Notes: generated from the letters alone by a model not told the origin. 64,000 nucleotides of DNA from Armatimonadota bacterium (GCA_016199525.1 JACQGL010000186.1:6482-70481), one strand, 5' to 3'; numbered from the stretch's first letter, positions 9,920 through 19,159 are shown. Numbers and translations are program-made.

Positions 9920-10279
9920 AACGAGGGATCTCCAGCGTAGGACGGAACGAAATCTGCCCTGTAAGTGTATACGCTTCGTCCGCCGCGGCGTGGCGCTCCG
10001 CCTTTCTCGTTCCGCGTTCCATCTCCGTCTGCACCTGCAATTCTGGGGGCAGGCGACGATCGCTGTGTTAAGATTTGCAGGATGGTAAGCGGCGCCATTG
10101 CTCGCCCGGAGAGCGTAAATTCGCGCGACCAGCAATTAGGGAAGGAACTTCTGGCGTCCCTGCTCAAATTGCGGTACGCGCAGTGTAGTTTTTATTCCAA
10201 CCAAACGTCTCTCCAACAAGCAAGAAAGCGCAGGGCCCGGACGCCCACTGCCGACCGGGCTCTGGGTCACGGTAAGCCA

Positions 10280-11158
10280 ATGGAAGAAGCACGTCGCTCC
10301 TCTGTGGCCCTGCCTGAGGCAGAGGCCCCGGAGGCGCCATTCCGCGAGCCATCCCTACCCCCTCCTGCGTCGGCTCGCAGGATGCTCCAGACGCATTCTT
10401 CTGGCAACAGCACCCTCGCTCCCGCTGATGTGCAGGGACTGCTGTGCGAGTACGCACGCAGCCGCGATCCCCGCCTGCGGGAGCGGCTCGTCCACGCCCA
10501 CGAGCGCATGGTCCGCTATCTGGCTGGCCGCTTTGGCCACGCGGCGGGGACGACCAGCGAGGACCTGATCCAGGTGGGCTACATCGGCCTCATCGCCGCC
10601 ATCGATCGTTATGATCCCAGCAAAGGAGTCAGCTTCGTCACCTACGCTGTGCCTACGATTCTGGGGGAGATCAAGCGCTACTTCCGGGACCAGACGTGGG
10701 GATTGAAGGCGCCTCGCCGGCTGCGCGAGCTGGGGCTCGCCCTGCGGCGTATTCGTGAGGAGTTGGAGCAACGTCTGGGTCGACCCCCCACGGTGAGTGA
10801 GATGGCCGCCGCCGCCAAGGTTCCCGAGGAGCGTTTACTCCAGGCAATGGATCTGGATAGGGTCTACCAGCCCGCGTCCCTCGACGCCCAGCTCACGGAT
10901 GAAACTGGTTCCGAGAAGGCCACCGCGTGGGAAGCCATTGGGGATGAAGACCCGCAGATGGCCCGCATCGAGGAACGGGAAGCCCTGCGCCGGGCGGTGG
11001 AGCGGCTGGATAATCGCCAGCGGCAGATCATCTGGCTGCGGTTCTACGAGGAGCTGTCGCAGGCGGAAGTCGCGCGGCGGATGGGAATCTCGCAGATGCA
11101 CGTCTCGCGTCTGGAGCGCCAGGCGCTCACCAAACTGCGGCTCCTGCTCTCCGCCTGA
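10280..11158 (+). CDS. Group 3 sigma-70 family factor (SigB/SigF/SigG-like)
   Basis: DLIQVGYIGLIAAIDRYDP...FVTYAVPTILGEIKRYFRD (region 2), region 3, and ISQMHVSRLERQAL (region 4.2 HTH). The start is uncertain: ATG 10280 or ATG 10382, which gives 258 aa. Confidence 0.85.
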   Translation: MEEARRSSVALPEAEAPEAPFREPSLPPPASARRMLQTHSSGNSTLAPADVQGLLCEYARSRDPRLRERLVHAHERMVRYLAGRFGHAAGTTSEDLIQVGYIGLIAAIDRYDPSKGVSFVTYAVPTILGEIKRYFRDQTWGLKAPRRLRELGLALRRIREELEQRLGRPPTVSEMAAAAKVPEERLLQAMDLDRVYQPASLDAQLTDETGSEKATAWEAIGDEDPQMARIEEREALRRAVERLDNRQRQIIWLRFYEELSQAEVARRMGISQMHVSRLERQALTKLRLLLSA

Positions 11159-11350
11159 CCAGAATCCTGGAATTCGCTGTTCCTTCGAGTCCTGACCCGC
11201 TGCTGGCGCCGAAAGGCGCCGTATGCCTTAAGGTTTTCGGGGCCTCTTATCCGGGCCAGGGCACAAGAACATCGGGGCCGGCGAAGGGTGTGCGTCACGT
11301 GTTTGCGCGTGCCCAGGCTCCGCCTCAAAGGGGCGCCGGAGAGTAGCCTG

Positions 11351-11368
11351 CCCCGAAAGCTTTCGGGG
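11351..11368. repeat. Copy 2 of recurrent hairpin CCCCGAAAGCTTTCGGGG (flanked by CCTG...CCTGC)
   Basis: Read directly; this copy is a perfect palindrome. It shares a 27-nt block with the copy at 2280-2306, differing at one loop base. Confidence 0.7.
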
Positions 11369-11582
11369 CCTGCAGCAAGCGAAGCGCCGCTGCAGGACAA
11401 CGCGTGATCAGGCGGATTCCGCCCTGGAGGGGCGGCGGAAGATCCGTCGGGACCAGCCTTACGCAAAACGCTGACGCGCACCCGCCGGCGAACAGAGGCT
11501 CACGCCCCGGCGGAAAAGTAGTTATAATTGAGAAGCGTGGCTATCTGTTGGTTGTCTCCTGGTCCCGCCGAGACGCAATCCT

Positions 11583-12644
11583 ATGGCCGTGTTTATCCCG
11601 CTGGAAGCGATGGCCCCTGTCCGCCCGGCGCGGGCCACTGTCGAACGAGGGCCGCTCCCTGAGCGGCTGGTAGATGGCTTCGGTCGCGTCCACAATAATC
11701 TCCGCATTTCCATCACCGATCGGTGCAACTTTCGCTGCATCTACTGCATGCCGGAGGAGATGGAGTTCTTCCCGCGCGAGTTCATTCTCACCTATGAGGA
11801 GATCGTCCGGCTGACGCGCATCGCGGCGCGCCTGGGGGTGGACAAGGTGCGGCTGACGGGCGGGGAACCGCTGGTACGGCGCGATCTGCCGATCCTCGTC
11901 CGCAGCCTGGGTGACCTGGGCGTTCTGCGCGACCTGAGCCTCACCACCAACGGCGTGCGTCTGCCGGAAATGGCGCAGGAGCTCTGGGACGCAGGTCTCC
12001 GACGGCTGAACGTGAGCCTGGATACGCTGGATCCGCAGAAGTTTGCTGAGCTGACGCGCCGCAACCTGTTCCACCGGGTGATAGCGGGCCTGGAGGCCGC
12101 CGCGCGAGTGGGCTTCCACCCGATCAAGATCAACGTGGTCGCCATCCGCGGCTATGCGGAAGACGAACTCCTCGACTTCGCGCGCCTGGCCCGCGAGCAG
12201 GCCTACCAGGTGCGGTTCATCGAATTTATGCCCCTGGATGGCGATGGGATGTGGGACCATGCGCGAGTGCTTACCGCGCGTGAGATCCTGGAGACCATCG
12301 GCGCCGTATACCCCTTGGAGCGCGCGCACCCCGGCCCCACGCCAGAACCGGCCACCCTCTACCGGTTCAGGGATGGCCGGGGCGAGATCGGGCTTATCCC
12401 CACGGTGACGGAGCCGTTCTGCACTCGGTGCAACCGCATCCGGATCACCGCGGACGGCAAGCTGCGCTACTGCCTGTTCGCCATCGAAGAGACAGACCTG
12501 AAGACGCCCCTGCGCGCGGGCGCGAGCGACGAAGAGATTGCCTGGCTGATCGTGGATACAGTGCGCGGCAAGTGGGCGGGCCACGCGATCAACCAGGCGG
12601 GGTTCATCAAGCCGCAGCGGAATATGAGCCAGATAGGGGGGTAG
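11583..12644 (+). CDS. moaA: GTP 3',8-cyclase (molybdenum cofactor biosynthesis protein A, radical SAM)
   Basis: CNFRCIYCMP radical-SAM CxxxCxxC motif, C-terminal CxxCNRxR cluster motif (CTRCNRIRITADG), and a terminal GG. Confidence 0.95.
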   Translation: MAVFIPLEAMAPVRPARATVERGPLPERLVDGFGRVHNNLRISITDRCNFRCIYCMPEEMEFFPREFILTYEEIVRLTRIAARLGVDKVRLTGGEPLVRRDLPILVRSLGDLGVLRDLSLTTNGVRLPEMAQELWDAGLRRLNVSLDTLDPQKFAELTRRNLFHRVIAGLEAAARVGFHPIKINVVAIRGYAEDELLDFARLAREQAYQVRFIEFMPLDGDGMWDHARVLTAREILETIGAVYPLERAHPGPTPEPATLYRFRDGRGEIGLIPTVTEPFCTRCNRIRITADGKLRYCLFAIEETDLKTPLRAGASDEEIAWLIVDTVRGKWAGHAINQAGFIKPQRNMSQIGG

Positions 12645-12725
12645 GCTTCTTCGCCACGGAGCCACAGAGGGCGCGGAAAGCACCCGGCCAGTGGGCGGCG
12701 CGTGCGTAGCGGAAAGGGCTGGTCC

Positions 12726-12998
12726 ATGGCGCACCGTTATGTGCTGCGCGACTACCTCGACCAGGCGATGGCTGCGGCGGTCTACGACAAGCTGGAGGAT
12801 AGCTCCTTCAGCGGTCGCATCCCGCCCTGCCCGGGCGTGGTCGCCTTCGGCGCGACCCTGCGCGCGTGCGAGGAGGAGCTGCGCGCGACGCTGGAAGACT
12901 GGATCCTCCTCGGCCTCAAGATGGGCCACTCGCTGCCGGTTCTGGGAAGCATCGATCTGAACGAGGAGCCGACCCGCGAGCCGGTGGAGACCGTGTAA
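12726..12998 (+). CDS. HicB-like antitoxin-fold protein (no HicA partner seen)
   Basis: FSGRIPPCPGVVAFGATLRACEEELRATLEDWI resembles the HicB/UPF0150 pattern (lPG..a.G.T.eea...l.eal). ATG 12726 is preceded by GGAAAGGG. Confidence 0.55.
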   Translation: MAHRYVLRDYLDQAMAAAVYDKLEDSSFSGRIPPCPGVVAFGATLRACEEELRATLEDWILLGLKMGHSLPVLGSIDLNEEPTREPVETV

Positions 12999-13133
12999 GC
13001 GCGCCGAGACCGGCAGCGACGCAGCGAAAGCGTTGCCCACCGCTACCTTCCCTGAACCTCAAGTATCCAAGCGTCTGCGGTCCTGGTCGCAGCAGCGCCT
13101 TTAGCCACGGCCACCCGCACAGAAGCCGCTCTA

Positions 13134-13162
13134 TTGCCATTTGCCGACTGCGCTTGTATAAT
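13134..13162 (+). promoter_or_regulatory. Sigma-70-type promoter TTGCCA-17-TATAAT
   Basis: TTGCCA at 13134-13139, an exact 17-nt spacer, and TATAAT at 13157-13162. This is about 47 nt upstream of the DUF4342 start. Confidence 0.6.
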
Positions 13163-13208
13163 ACCTTCAGCCATTCTACGGAGCCCCCGCGAAAGTGAGG
13201 TCCCAGTA

Positions 13209-13571
13209 GTGTCGGTGGATCTAGCGAAAGTGGATCAGCTCCGCGAGCGGATTCACTGCTCGTATGAGGAAGCCCGCAACGCGCTAGAGGCAACCGGGGG
13301 CGATGTGGTCGCCGCCCTGGCCCGATTGGAACAGTCCCACCCTCGCAGTATCCCTCCAGATACCCTTGCGGTGACCGCCGAGCTGGTAGAAGACGTCATC
13401 CGCCTCCTAGAAGCGGGGCCCATCCGCGGGGTCCGCATCCGGCTGGGTGGTCGCATCCTGAAAGAAATCCCGATCGAGGCAACCGCCGTGGGAGCCATTC
13501 TTATCGGGCTACTTGCCACACTTGCCGCCCGTTTCACCATAGAACTTATCCGTGATAGAAAAGAGGAGTGA
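13209..13571 (+). CDS. DUF4342 protein with N-terminal UBA/EF-Ts-N-like domain
   Basis: DQLRERIHCSYEEARNALEATGGDVVAALARLE (TS-N/UBA-like) followed by VRIRLGGRILKEIPIEATAVGAILIGLLA, typical of DUF4342. GTG 13209 follows GTGAGG. Confidence 0.75.
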   Translation: MSVDLAKVDQLRERIHCSYEEARNALEATGGDVVAALARLEQSHPRSIPPDTLAVTAELVEDVIRLLEAGPIRGVRIRLGGRILKEIPIEATAVGAILIGLLATLAARFTIELIRDRKEE

Positions 13572-13580
13572 GGACAGGGC

Positions 13581-14276
13581 GTGAAACCGCTGCCCGATTT
13601 CGCATTCGACGAACTGCCGACCCCGAACGGTCGAAGCCGGTACTGCAGCTTTGCGGATGCCGACGTGGTCGAGCTGGCTCAGGTGGGCCACCGGGATGCC
13701 GCCGAGCACCTGCTGTACAAGTACCGAAACCTCGTCCGATCGAAGGTGAAGTCCTACTTTCTGGTCGGCGCCGAACGGGAGGATCTGCTTCAGGTTGGGA
13801 TGATCGGCCTCTGGCAGGCAATTGTGGACTACAAGCCCGCCAAGGCCACATCCTTCCCCGCATTCGCCAAGGTCTGTATTCACCGCCATATCATTACCGC
13901 CATCAAGGCGGCCACGCGCCAGAAGCAGCTGCCGTTGAACAATTCCCTCTCCCTGGAGGTCCCCTCTGAAGACGATTCCAGCGACTGGAACATGTCCGAC
14001 GTGCTTCAGACGGATGAGGCGGCGGACCCGGAGGAGGTAGTCCTGCGGCGAGAGGACAGCGCGCAGCTGCGCGAGCTGCTCCAGCGCATGCTCAGCGATT
14101 TCGAGTGGCGGGTGCTGTCCGGATACCAGCTGGGCAAGTCCTACCGAGAAATCGCCGTGGAGCTGCGCTGCAAGACAAAGAGCGTGGATAACGCGCTGGC
14201 GCGCATCAAGCGAAAAGTCTCAACCGTGCCGGTAGAGAAGCTCGGGGAAAGTCTCCACGAAGCGCTGCTGCTGTAG
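13581..14276 (+). CDS. sigH: Sigma-H-like RNA polymerase sigma factor
   Basis: YKYRNLVRSKVKSYFLVGAEREDLLQVGMIGLWQAIVDYKP..TSFPAFAKVCIHRHIITAIKAATRQKQLPLN is near-collinear with my recollection of Bacillus subtilis SigH regions 2-3. GTG start. Confidence 0.85.
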   Translation: MKPLPDFAFDELPTPNGRSRYCSFADADVVELAQVGHRDAAEHLLYKYRNLVRSKVKSYFLVGAEREDLLQVGMIGLWQAIVDYKPAKATSFPAFAKVCIHRHIITAIKAATRQKQLPLNNSLSLEVPSEDDSSDWNMSDVLQTDEAADPEEVVLRREDSAQLRELLQRMLSDFEWRVLSGYQLGKSYREIAVELRCKTKSVDNALARIKRKVSTVPVEKLGESLHEALLL

Positions 14277-14339
14277 CGTGATGGGAGCGGCGCGCGGCTC
14301 TTGAAGGCGGCCGTGAATTGCGGCCGCCCTATCTGTGTC

Positions 14340-15233
14340 ATGACCTTCCAGGAACTCCTTCTGCGACTCGAACGCTTCTGGTCGGACCAGGGCTGCGTCA
14401 TCCTCCAGCCGTGGGACGTGGAGATGGGAGCGGGGACAATGCACCCTGCCACCTTCTTCCGCTGCCTGGGGCCGGAGCTATTCAACGCTGCTTACGTGCA
14501 GCCCAGCCGCCGGCCGGCGGATAGCCGTTATGCGCGCAACCCGATGCGCGTTCAGCACTATTACCAGTATCAGGTGATTATGAAGCCCTCGCCGCCGAAC
14601 ATCCAGGATCTTTACCTGGATAGCCTGAAGGCGCTGGGCATCGATCCCACCGTTCACGACATCAAGTTCACCGAGGATGACTGGGAGTCGCCCACGCTGG
14701 GCGCCGCAGGGGTGGGCTGGCAGGTGGAGCTGGACGGCAACGAGATTACTCAATTTACCTATTTTCAGGTGGCGGGCGGGATGGAGTGCCGGCCGGTGAC
14801 CGTGGAGATCACCTACGGCCCCGAGCGGCTGGCGTGCCTCCTCCAGGGTGTCGCCAGCTTCTGGGAGCTGGAGTGGCAGCACGGGATTACCTACGGCGAG
14901 CTGGATCGCCAGGCGGAGGTGGAGCACAGCATCTACAACCTGGAGCTGGCCGACATCGATCTGCTCTTCCGGCTGTTTGCCAGCAATGAGAGCGAGTGCC
15001 GGCGCATCCTGGAGCGGAGGCTCGTCTATCCCGCTTACGATTACGTGCTGAAGTGCTCGCACACCTTTAACCTGCTGGACGCACGGGGGGCGATTTCGGT
15101 AACCGAGCGGGCAGGATACATCGATCGCGTGCGCGACCTGGCCAAGCAGGTGGCCGCGCTGTACGTGCAGCAGCGTGAAGAGATGGGCTATCCCCTCTTA
15201 CCGCGCGAGGCACCCGCGGCGGCCGCGGACTGA
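14340..15233 (+). CDS. glyQ: Glycine--tRNA ligase alpha subunit
   Basis: [39 protein letters not shown] is the highly conserved GlyQ N-terminus. The start is ATG 14340. Confidence 0.95.
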   Translation: MTFQELLLRLERFWSDQGCVILQPWDVEMGAGTMHPATFFRCLGPELFNAAYVQPSRRPADSRYARNPMRVQHYYQYQVIMKPSPPNIQDLYLDSLKALGIDPTVHDIKFTEDDWESPTLGAAGVGWQVELDGNEITQFTYFQVAGGMECRPVTVEITYGPERLACLLQGVASFWELEWQHGITYGELDRQAEVEHSIYNLELADIDLLFRLFASNESECRRILERRLVYPAYDYVLKCSHTFNLLDARGAISVTERAGYIDRVRDLAKQVAALYVQQREEMGYPLLPREAPAAAAD

Positions 15234-15317
15234 GCGAGGCGGGGGAACGCTCATCTCCCAGTCCCCAGGATCTTCTGATCTCCCGCCCCTTTACCCCGGA
15301 ACGGTAACCTGAGGCAA

Positions 15318-17399
15318 ATGCCGGATCTCGTGCTGGAAATCGGAACGGAGGAGGTGCCCGCCAACGCGGTGGTGCCCGCCCTGGAGCAGCTTCGACAGCT
15401 GATGGAGGAGCTGCTCAGTGTGCAGCGGTTAAGCCACGGCGGCGTGGAAACGCTGGGCACCCCCCGCCGGCTGGTGGCCTGCGCCCGCGACGTGGCCACA
15501 CGCCAGGCGGATGCGGTGGTGGAGATCAAGGGGCCTCCCGCCAGCGTGGCATTCGACGCCGAAGGGAAGCCCACGCGCGCGGCGGATGGATTCGCGCGTC
15601 GGAACCAGGTGGACGTAGGGACACTGGTAATCCGCGATAACTACGTCTACGCCGAGAAGCGCGAGATCGGCGCGCCGGCAGTTTCCGTCCTCGCCCGCGC
15701 GCTGCCCGAACTGTTCCCCGCCCTGAACTTCCCCAAGTTTATGCGCTGGGGGGAGGGGCTGTTCCGTTTTTCGCGACCCATCCGCTGGATCCTGTGCCTC
15801 CTGGGAGAGGAAGTAGTGCCGTTCACCGTGGCGGAGGTGACCTCAGGCAATGTCACCATGGGTCACCGTGTCCTGGGGCCGGGGCCGCATCCCGTCCGCA
15901 CAGCGGCGGACTATTTCCACGTGGTGCGCGACGCGGGTGTGATCCTTTCCGGGCAGGAGCGCCGCGAGCAGATCGTGCAGCAGGGGAATACCCCGTCCGC
16001 GGAGGCGGGCGGGCACGTGATCTGGGACCCCAGCCTGCTGGAAGAAGTTACCTATGTCGTGGAATGGCCCACGGCGTTCCTGGGCCGCTTCTCGGAGGAG
16101 TACCTCTCCCTACCGCGCCCCGTGCTGGTAAGCGTAATGAAGAAGCACCAGCGCTATTTTACCCTGGAGGGGCCGGACGGCCGCCTGCTGCCACGGTTCC
16201 TCGCGGTGCGCAACGGAGGCGACTTCGGGCTAGACCAGGTGCGTGAAGGCAACGAGCGCGTGCTCGCCTTCCGGTTCAACGACGCGGTGTTCTACGACGC
16301 CGAGGACCGGAAGACCACCCTGGCTGAGAAGCGGGAGCGGCTGCGGCGGGTGGTGTTCCTGGAGAATGTGGGCAGCCTCTACGATAAGTCCGTGCGCCTG
16401 GAGCGGCTGCTGGCTACCCTGTGCGAGCGCCTGGGGCGTACGGCGGATATTCCCCTCGCCCGGCGGGCGGCGGCGCTGGCGAAGGCCGATCTGGTGTCCC
16501 AGATGGTGATCGAGCTGCCCGAGCTGCAGGGGATTATGGGCGGCGAGTATGCCCGCGGTGACGGCGAGCCCGCCGAGGTGGCAGAAGCGATCGCGGAGCA
16601 CTACCTGCCGCGTGCCGCGGGCGATCCGCTGCCTGCCAGCTTCCTGGGGCGGCTGCTTTCCCTGGCGGATCGGCTGGATACCCTGGCGGCCACGTTCAGC
16701 CTGGGCCTGATCCCCACGGGGTCGTTCGATCCGTTCGGGTTGCGACGGCACGCGGCGGCGGTGGTGGCCATTCTGGCGGCACTGCCGCCTCTGCGGCAGG
16801 AGGATCTGCTGCGGCTGGCCCGAAGGATGCTGGAGGAGCAGGGGTTTGCCGCCATCGCCGCGCGCCCGGTGGATCAGGTGGTGGCGGAGCTGATGGGACT
16901 GCTGCGTTCGCGCCTGGAGGCAATGCTGGATGAGGAGGGGATTCGCGCGGACGTGAGCGCCGCGGTGCTCGCGGTGGGCTGCAATGTGGTTCCGGAGGTG
17001 CTTCAGCGCGCGCGGTTCCTCCAGCGTCAGGCGGACTCCGCCCCCGAGGTATTCAATCGGGTGGCAACCGTGGCCACCCGAGTACGGAACATCGTCCGCC
17101 CCACGGACGCCAGTCCGCCCGTGGGGGATCTGGAACGGCTGGAACACCCCACCGAGCGGGATCTGGCCGCCGCCGTTCAGGAACGGGAAGAGATCTGGCG
17201 CCAGATGGCCGCCCGTGCGGACTGGGACTGCCTGTGGCGCAGCTGGGATGATCTGCGGCCCCTCATCGACCAGTTCTTTGTGGACGTGTTGGTGATGGCA
17301 GAAGACCCGGCCCTGCGGGCCGCCCGCCTCAGTCTGCTGCGGGCGCTGGACGATTCCTTCCGCTCCCTGGCCGACTTCTCCCGCGTGGTGGTGGCGTAG
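15318..17399 (+). CDS. glyS: Glycine--tRNA ligase beta subunit
   Basis: MPDLVLEIGTEEVPA N-terminus and GlyS-like sequence over 693 aa, immediately downstream of glyQ. Confidence 0.95.
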   Translation: MPDLVLEIGTEEVPANAVVPALEQLRQLMEELLSVQRLSHGGVETLGTPRRLVACARDVATRQADAVVEIKGPPASVAFDAEGKPTRAADGFARRNQVDVGTLVIRDNYVYAEKREIGAPAVSVLARALPELFPALNFPKFMRWGEGLFRFSRPIRWILCLLGEEVVPFTVAEVTSGNVTMGHRVLGPGPHPVRTAADYFHVVRDAGVILSGQERREQIVQQGNTPSAEAGGHVIWDPSLLEEVTYVVEWPTAFLGRFSEEYLSLPRPVLVSVMKKHQRYFTLEGPDGRLLPRFLAVRNGGDFGLDQVREGNERVLAFRFNDAVFYDAEDRKTTLAEKRERLRRVVFLENVGSLYDKSVRLERLLATLCERLGRTADIPLARRAAALAKADLVSQMVIELPELQGIMGGEYARGDGEPAEVAEAIAEHYLPRAAGDPLPASFLGRLLSLADRLDTLAATFSLGLIPTGSFDPFGLRRHAAAVVAILAALPPLRQEDLLRLARRMLEEQGFAAIAARPVDQVVAELMGLLRSRLEAMLDEEGIRADVSAAVLAVGCNVVPEVLQRARFLQRQADSAPEVFNRVATVATRVRNIVRPTDASPPVGDLERLEHPTERDLAAAVQEREEIWRQMAARADWDCLWRSWDDLRPLIDQFFVDVLVMAEDPALRAARLSLLRALDDSFRSLADFSRVVVA

Positions 17400-17497
17400 G
17401 AGGGACGGCGGGACAGTCTGGCATCGCGCCGGTGAGGGTCGGCGGTACAGGGGGCGCCCGATCCGCGCGTACCGGCTGCGACACAGCCTGCGCTTCG

Positions 17498-17526
17498 TTG
17501 TGGACCCCGGCAACATATGCTATAAT
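17498..17526 (+). promoter_or_regulatory. Candidate promoter TTGTGG-17-TATAAT
   Basis: TTGTGG at 17498-17503, a 17-nt spacer, and TATAAT at 17521-17526. This is 70 nt upstream of ATG 17597. Confidence 0.5.
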
Positions 17527-17596
17527 CGTTTTCAGAAGAAGCCGCCCCGATCCGCATTCGTTTCGGCCTCCAGAGGGAGGGGTGAGGGACCTCGGG

Positions 17597-17926
17597 ATGA
17601 AGACGACGACCATCCGGTGCCACTGCGGGCAGCGCATCGTGGCCAAGGACGTGCTGCAGCGCAGCTGGTACGTGCGGGTGTTCGGTCCCAGCTTCATGTA
17701 TCTCAAGTTTCGCTGTTCACGCTGCAAGCGTCTGGGTGAGAAGTTCATCGAGCAGGATAAGTGGGACGATAGCATCCTGCGAGATATTCCTTCCGAGATG
17801 TCCCTTGAGGAAAAGAAGCGGTTCGATCAGATGGGAAAGATCGGTGTCGAGGAGGAGATCGAGTTCCACTTTCAGATGGAGGATGCAGAGGCGCTGAAGG
17901 GGCTGATAAAGGAGTTTGAGCGGTAA
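17597..17926 (+). CDS. Hypothetical zinc-ribbon protein
   Basis: MKTTTIRCHCGQRIV...FRCSRCKRLGEKF has CxC and CxxC pairs, followed by an acidic helical C-terminus. GGGAGGGGTGAGGG lies upstream of ATG 17597. Confidence 0.6.
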   Translation: MKTTTIRCHCGQRIVAKDVLQRSWYVRVFGPSFMYLKFRCSRCKRLGEKFIEQDKWDDSILRDIPSEMSLEEKKRFDQMGKIGVEEEIEFHFQMEDAEALKGLIKEFER

Positions 17927-17952
17927 CGCCGGCGTGATGCCAGCTGTGGTGC

Positions 17953-17981
17953 GGGCCATCCCGAGCGCATTGGGATGGCCC
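17953..17981 (+). terminator. Hairpin GGGCCATCCC-N9-GGGATGGCCC downstream of the 17597 gene
   Basis: 10-bp perfect stem read directly, 27 nt after the stop. No U-tract. Confidence 0.4.
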
Positions 17982-18030
17982 GCCGTGGCTTAGTGAGTGG
18001 CAACTGCGTCACTGTGCCCGGAAACGAATC

Positions 18031-18060
18031 GCCCCCACGGGCCGGAAGCCACGTGGGGGC
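18031..18060 (-). terminator. Hairpin GCCCCCACG-N12-CGTGGGGGC just downstream of tRNA-Gly
   Basis: 9-bp stem read directly. On the minus strand it is followed by GATTCGTTTCC. Confidence 0.4.
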
Positions 18061-18065
18061 GGAAG

Positions 18066-18137
<72 letters not shown>

Positions 18138-18196
18138 GATTGATGGACTGATGAAGGGTGCGGCCAGCCCTGGCGGCGTGCGCCCGCCTCCTTCAA

Positions 18197-18271
18197 TCGG
18201 GGCGGCGAGATTCGAACTCGCGACCTCCTGCTCCCAAAGCAGGCGCGCTAGCCAAGCTGCGCTACGCCCCG
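18197..18271 (-). tRNA. tRNA-Pro (anticodon UGG)
   Basis: The reverse complement CGGGGCGTAGCGCAGCTTGGCTAGCGCGCCTGCTTTGGGAGCAGGAGGTCGCGAGTTCGAATCTCGCCGCCCCGA has anticodon stem CCTGC/GCAGG, loop TTTGGGA and T-loop TTCGAAT. Confidence 0.9.
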
Positions 18272-18322
18272 CGGCGCCTCTTCAGTATAGTCTGGGGCGG
18301 CCGGGGTGTCAAGCGAGCGATA

Positions 18323-19159
18323 TCACGGGAACGCCACCCGCTCCCCGGCGGGACCCACCCAGGTGCGAATACCAGGATACTTCGCGGCCAGGTAATCCGC
18401 GAACTTCTGCGGATCCTCGGAGTTGTACGGAAACATGTCCCAGTGCGCGGGCACGGCCAGTCGCGGCCGCACCTCGCCTGCCAGGTCCACCGCTTCCTGA
18501 AACGTCATGTTGCCGAGGCAGTTGCGGCGGTAGCGAACCGCGTCTCGACCGTTGATGGGCAGGAACGCCACGTCCAGCGACGGCCCGGCCCGCAGCTCGG
18601 CGATGAGCCCTTCCCAGAGGAGCGTGTCTCCCGCGTGGTAGATGGACACTCCCCCCACCTCCACTACGTAGCCGAGGTAGGGAAAGCCGCGCTCCGGATC
18701 CTCATCAAAGAACTCGTGCTTGGCCTTGAGGCCGCGAATACACGTACCGCGCTCGGCCAGACTCTCGCCGTGGGAGAGCAGTCGTAGCCGCTCGGGCGGG
18801 ATGCCGAGATCGCGCATACGCCGCTCATGCGGCCGCGGAGCCACAAACAGAGCCTGCGGTGAGGCGGCAGCGATACCGGGGACGGCGTCAGGGTCAATAT
18901 GGTCGATATGATCGTGCGAGCAGAGCACCCAGTCGGCGTGCGTGATCTGGTCGGGTCGCAGCAGGGGCGGCGTCTGCCGCGCCGGGTGATGGGCCAGGTA
19001 CGGGTCGAAGTAGAGCACGTGGCTCCCGGCCTTCACTATCCAGCTCTGCTGTCCCAGCCACCAGAAGAACGCGCGTCCGGGGGCGGTAGCGGCGGCCTGC
19101 ACATCCGCCACCAGGGCATCTCCGGAACGGGCTACGGCTGCCATATGCCGCTCCTCCAA
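18323..19159 (-). CDS. MBL-fold metallo-hydrolase (UlaG-like)
   Basis: CSHDHIDHID (HxHxDH) motif and later His/Asp ligand positions. Confidence 0.8.
   Translation of the reverse strand: MEERHMAAVARSGDALVADVQAAATAPGRAFFWWLGQQSWIVKAGSHVLYFDPYLAHHPARQTPPLLRPDQITHADWVLCSHDHIDHIDPDAVPGIAAASPQALFVAPRPHERRMRDLGIPPERLRLLSHGESLAERGTCIRGLKAKHEFFDEDPERGFPYLGYVVEVGGVSIYHAGDTLLWEGLIAELRAGPSLDVAFLPINGRDAVRYRRNCLGNMTFQEAVDLAGEVRPRLAVPAHWDMFPYNSEDPQKFADYLAAKYPGIRTWVGPAGERVAFP

Noticed and set aside
11400-11582. Moco riboswitch upstream of moaA
   Set aside because: The position is plausible, but I could not match the remembered conserved blocks, and the TATAAT at 11523 would leave only about a 50-nt leader. 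I left it as something to test with Rfam rather than calling it as a feature.
11541-13040. 499-aa minus-strand ORF overlapping moaA and the HicB-like gene
   Set aside because: It runs antisense to a confidently identified moaA (radical-SAM motifs). Its translation is Arg/Ala/Gly-rich with no motifs. Long shadow ORFs are expected at this GC content. The same reasoning applies to 759..1838, 2264..3253, 3649..4650, 16230..17516, 19224..19994, 26259..27473, 33996..35645, 37912..38781, 38555..39466, 47716..48444, 48433..49854, 52932..53894, 58042..58977 and 60156..61940, among others.
14277-14339. T-box riboswitch upstream of glyQS (and of serS at 34437-34505)
   Set aside because: Only about 60-70 nt are available, far shorter than a T-box leader, and no T-box sequence (AAnnnGGGTGGTACCGCG-like) was seen.
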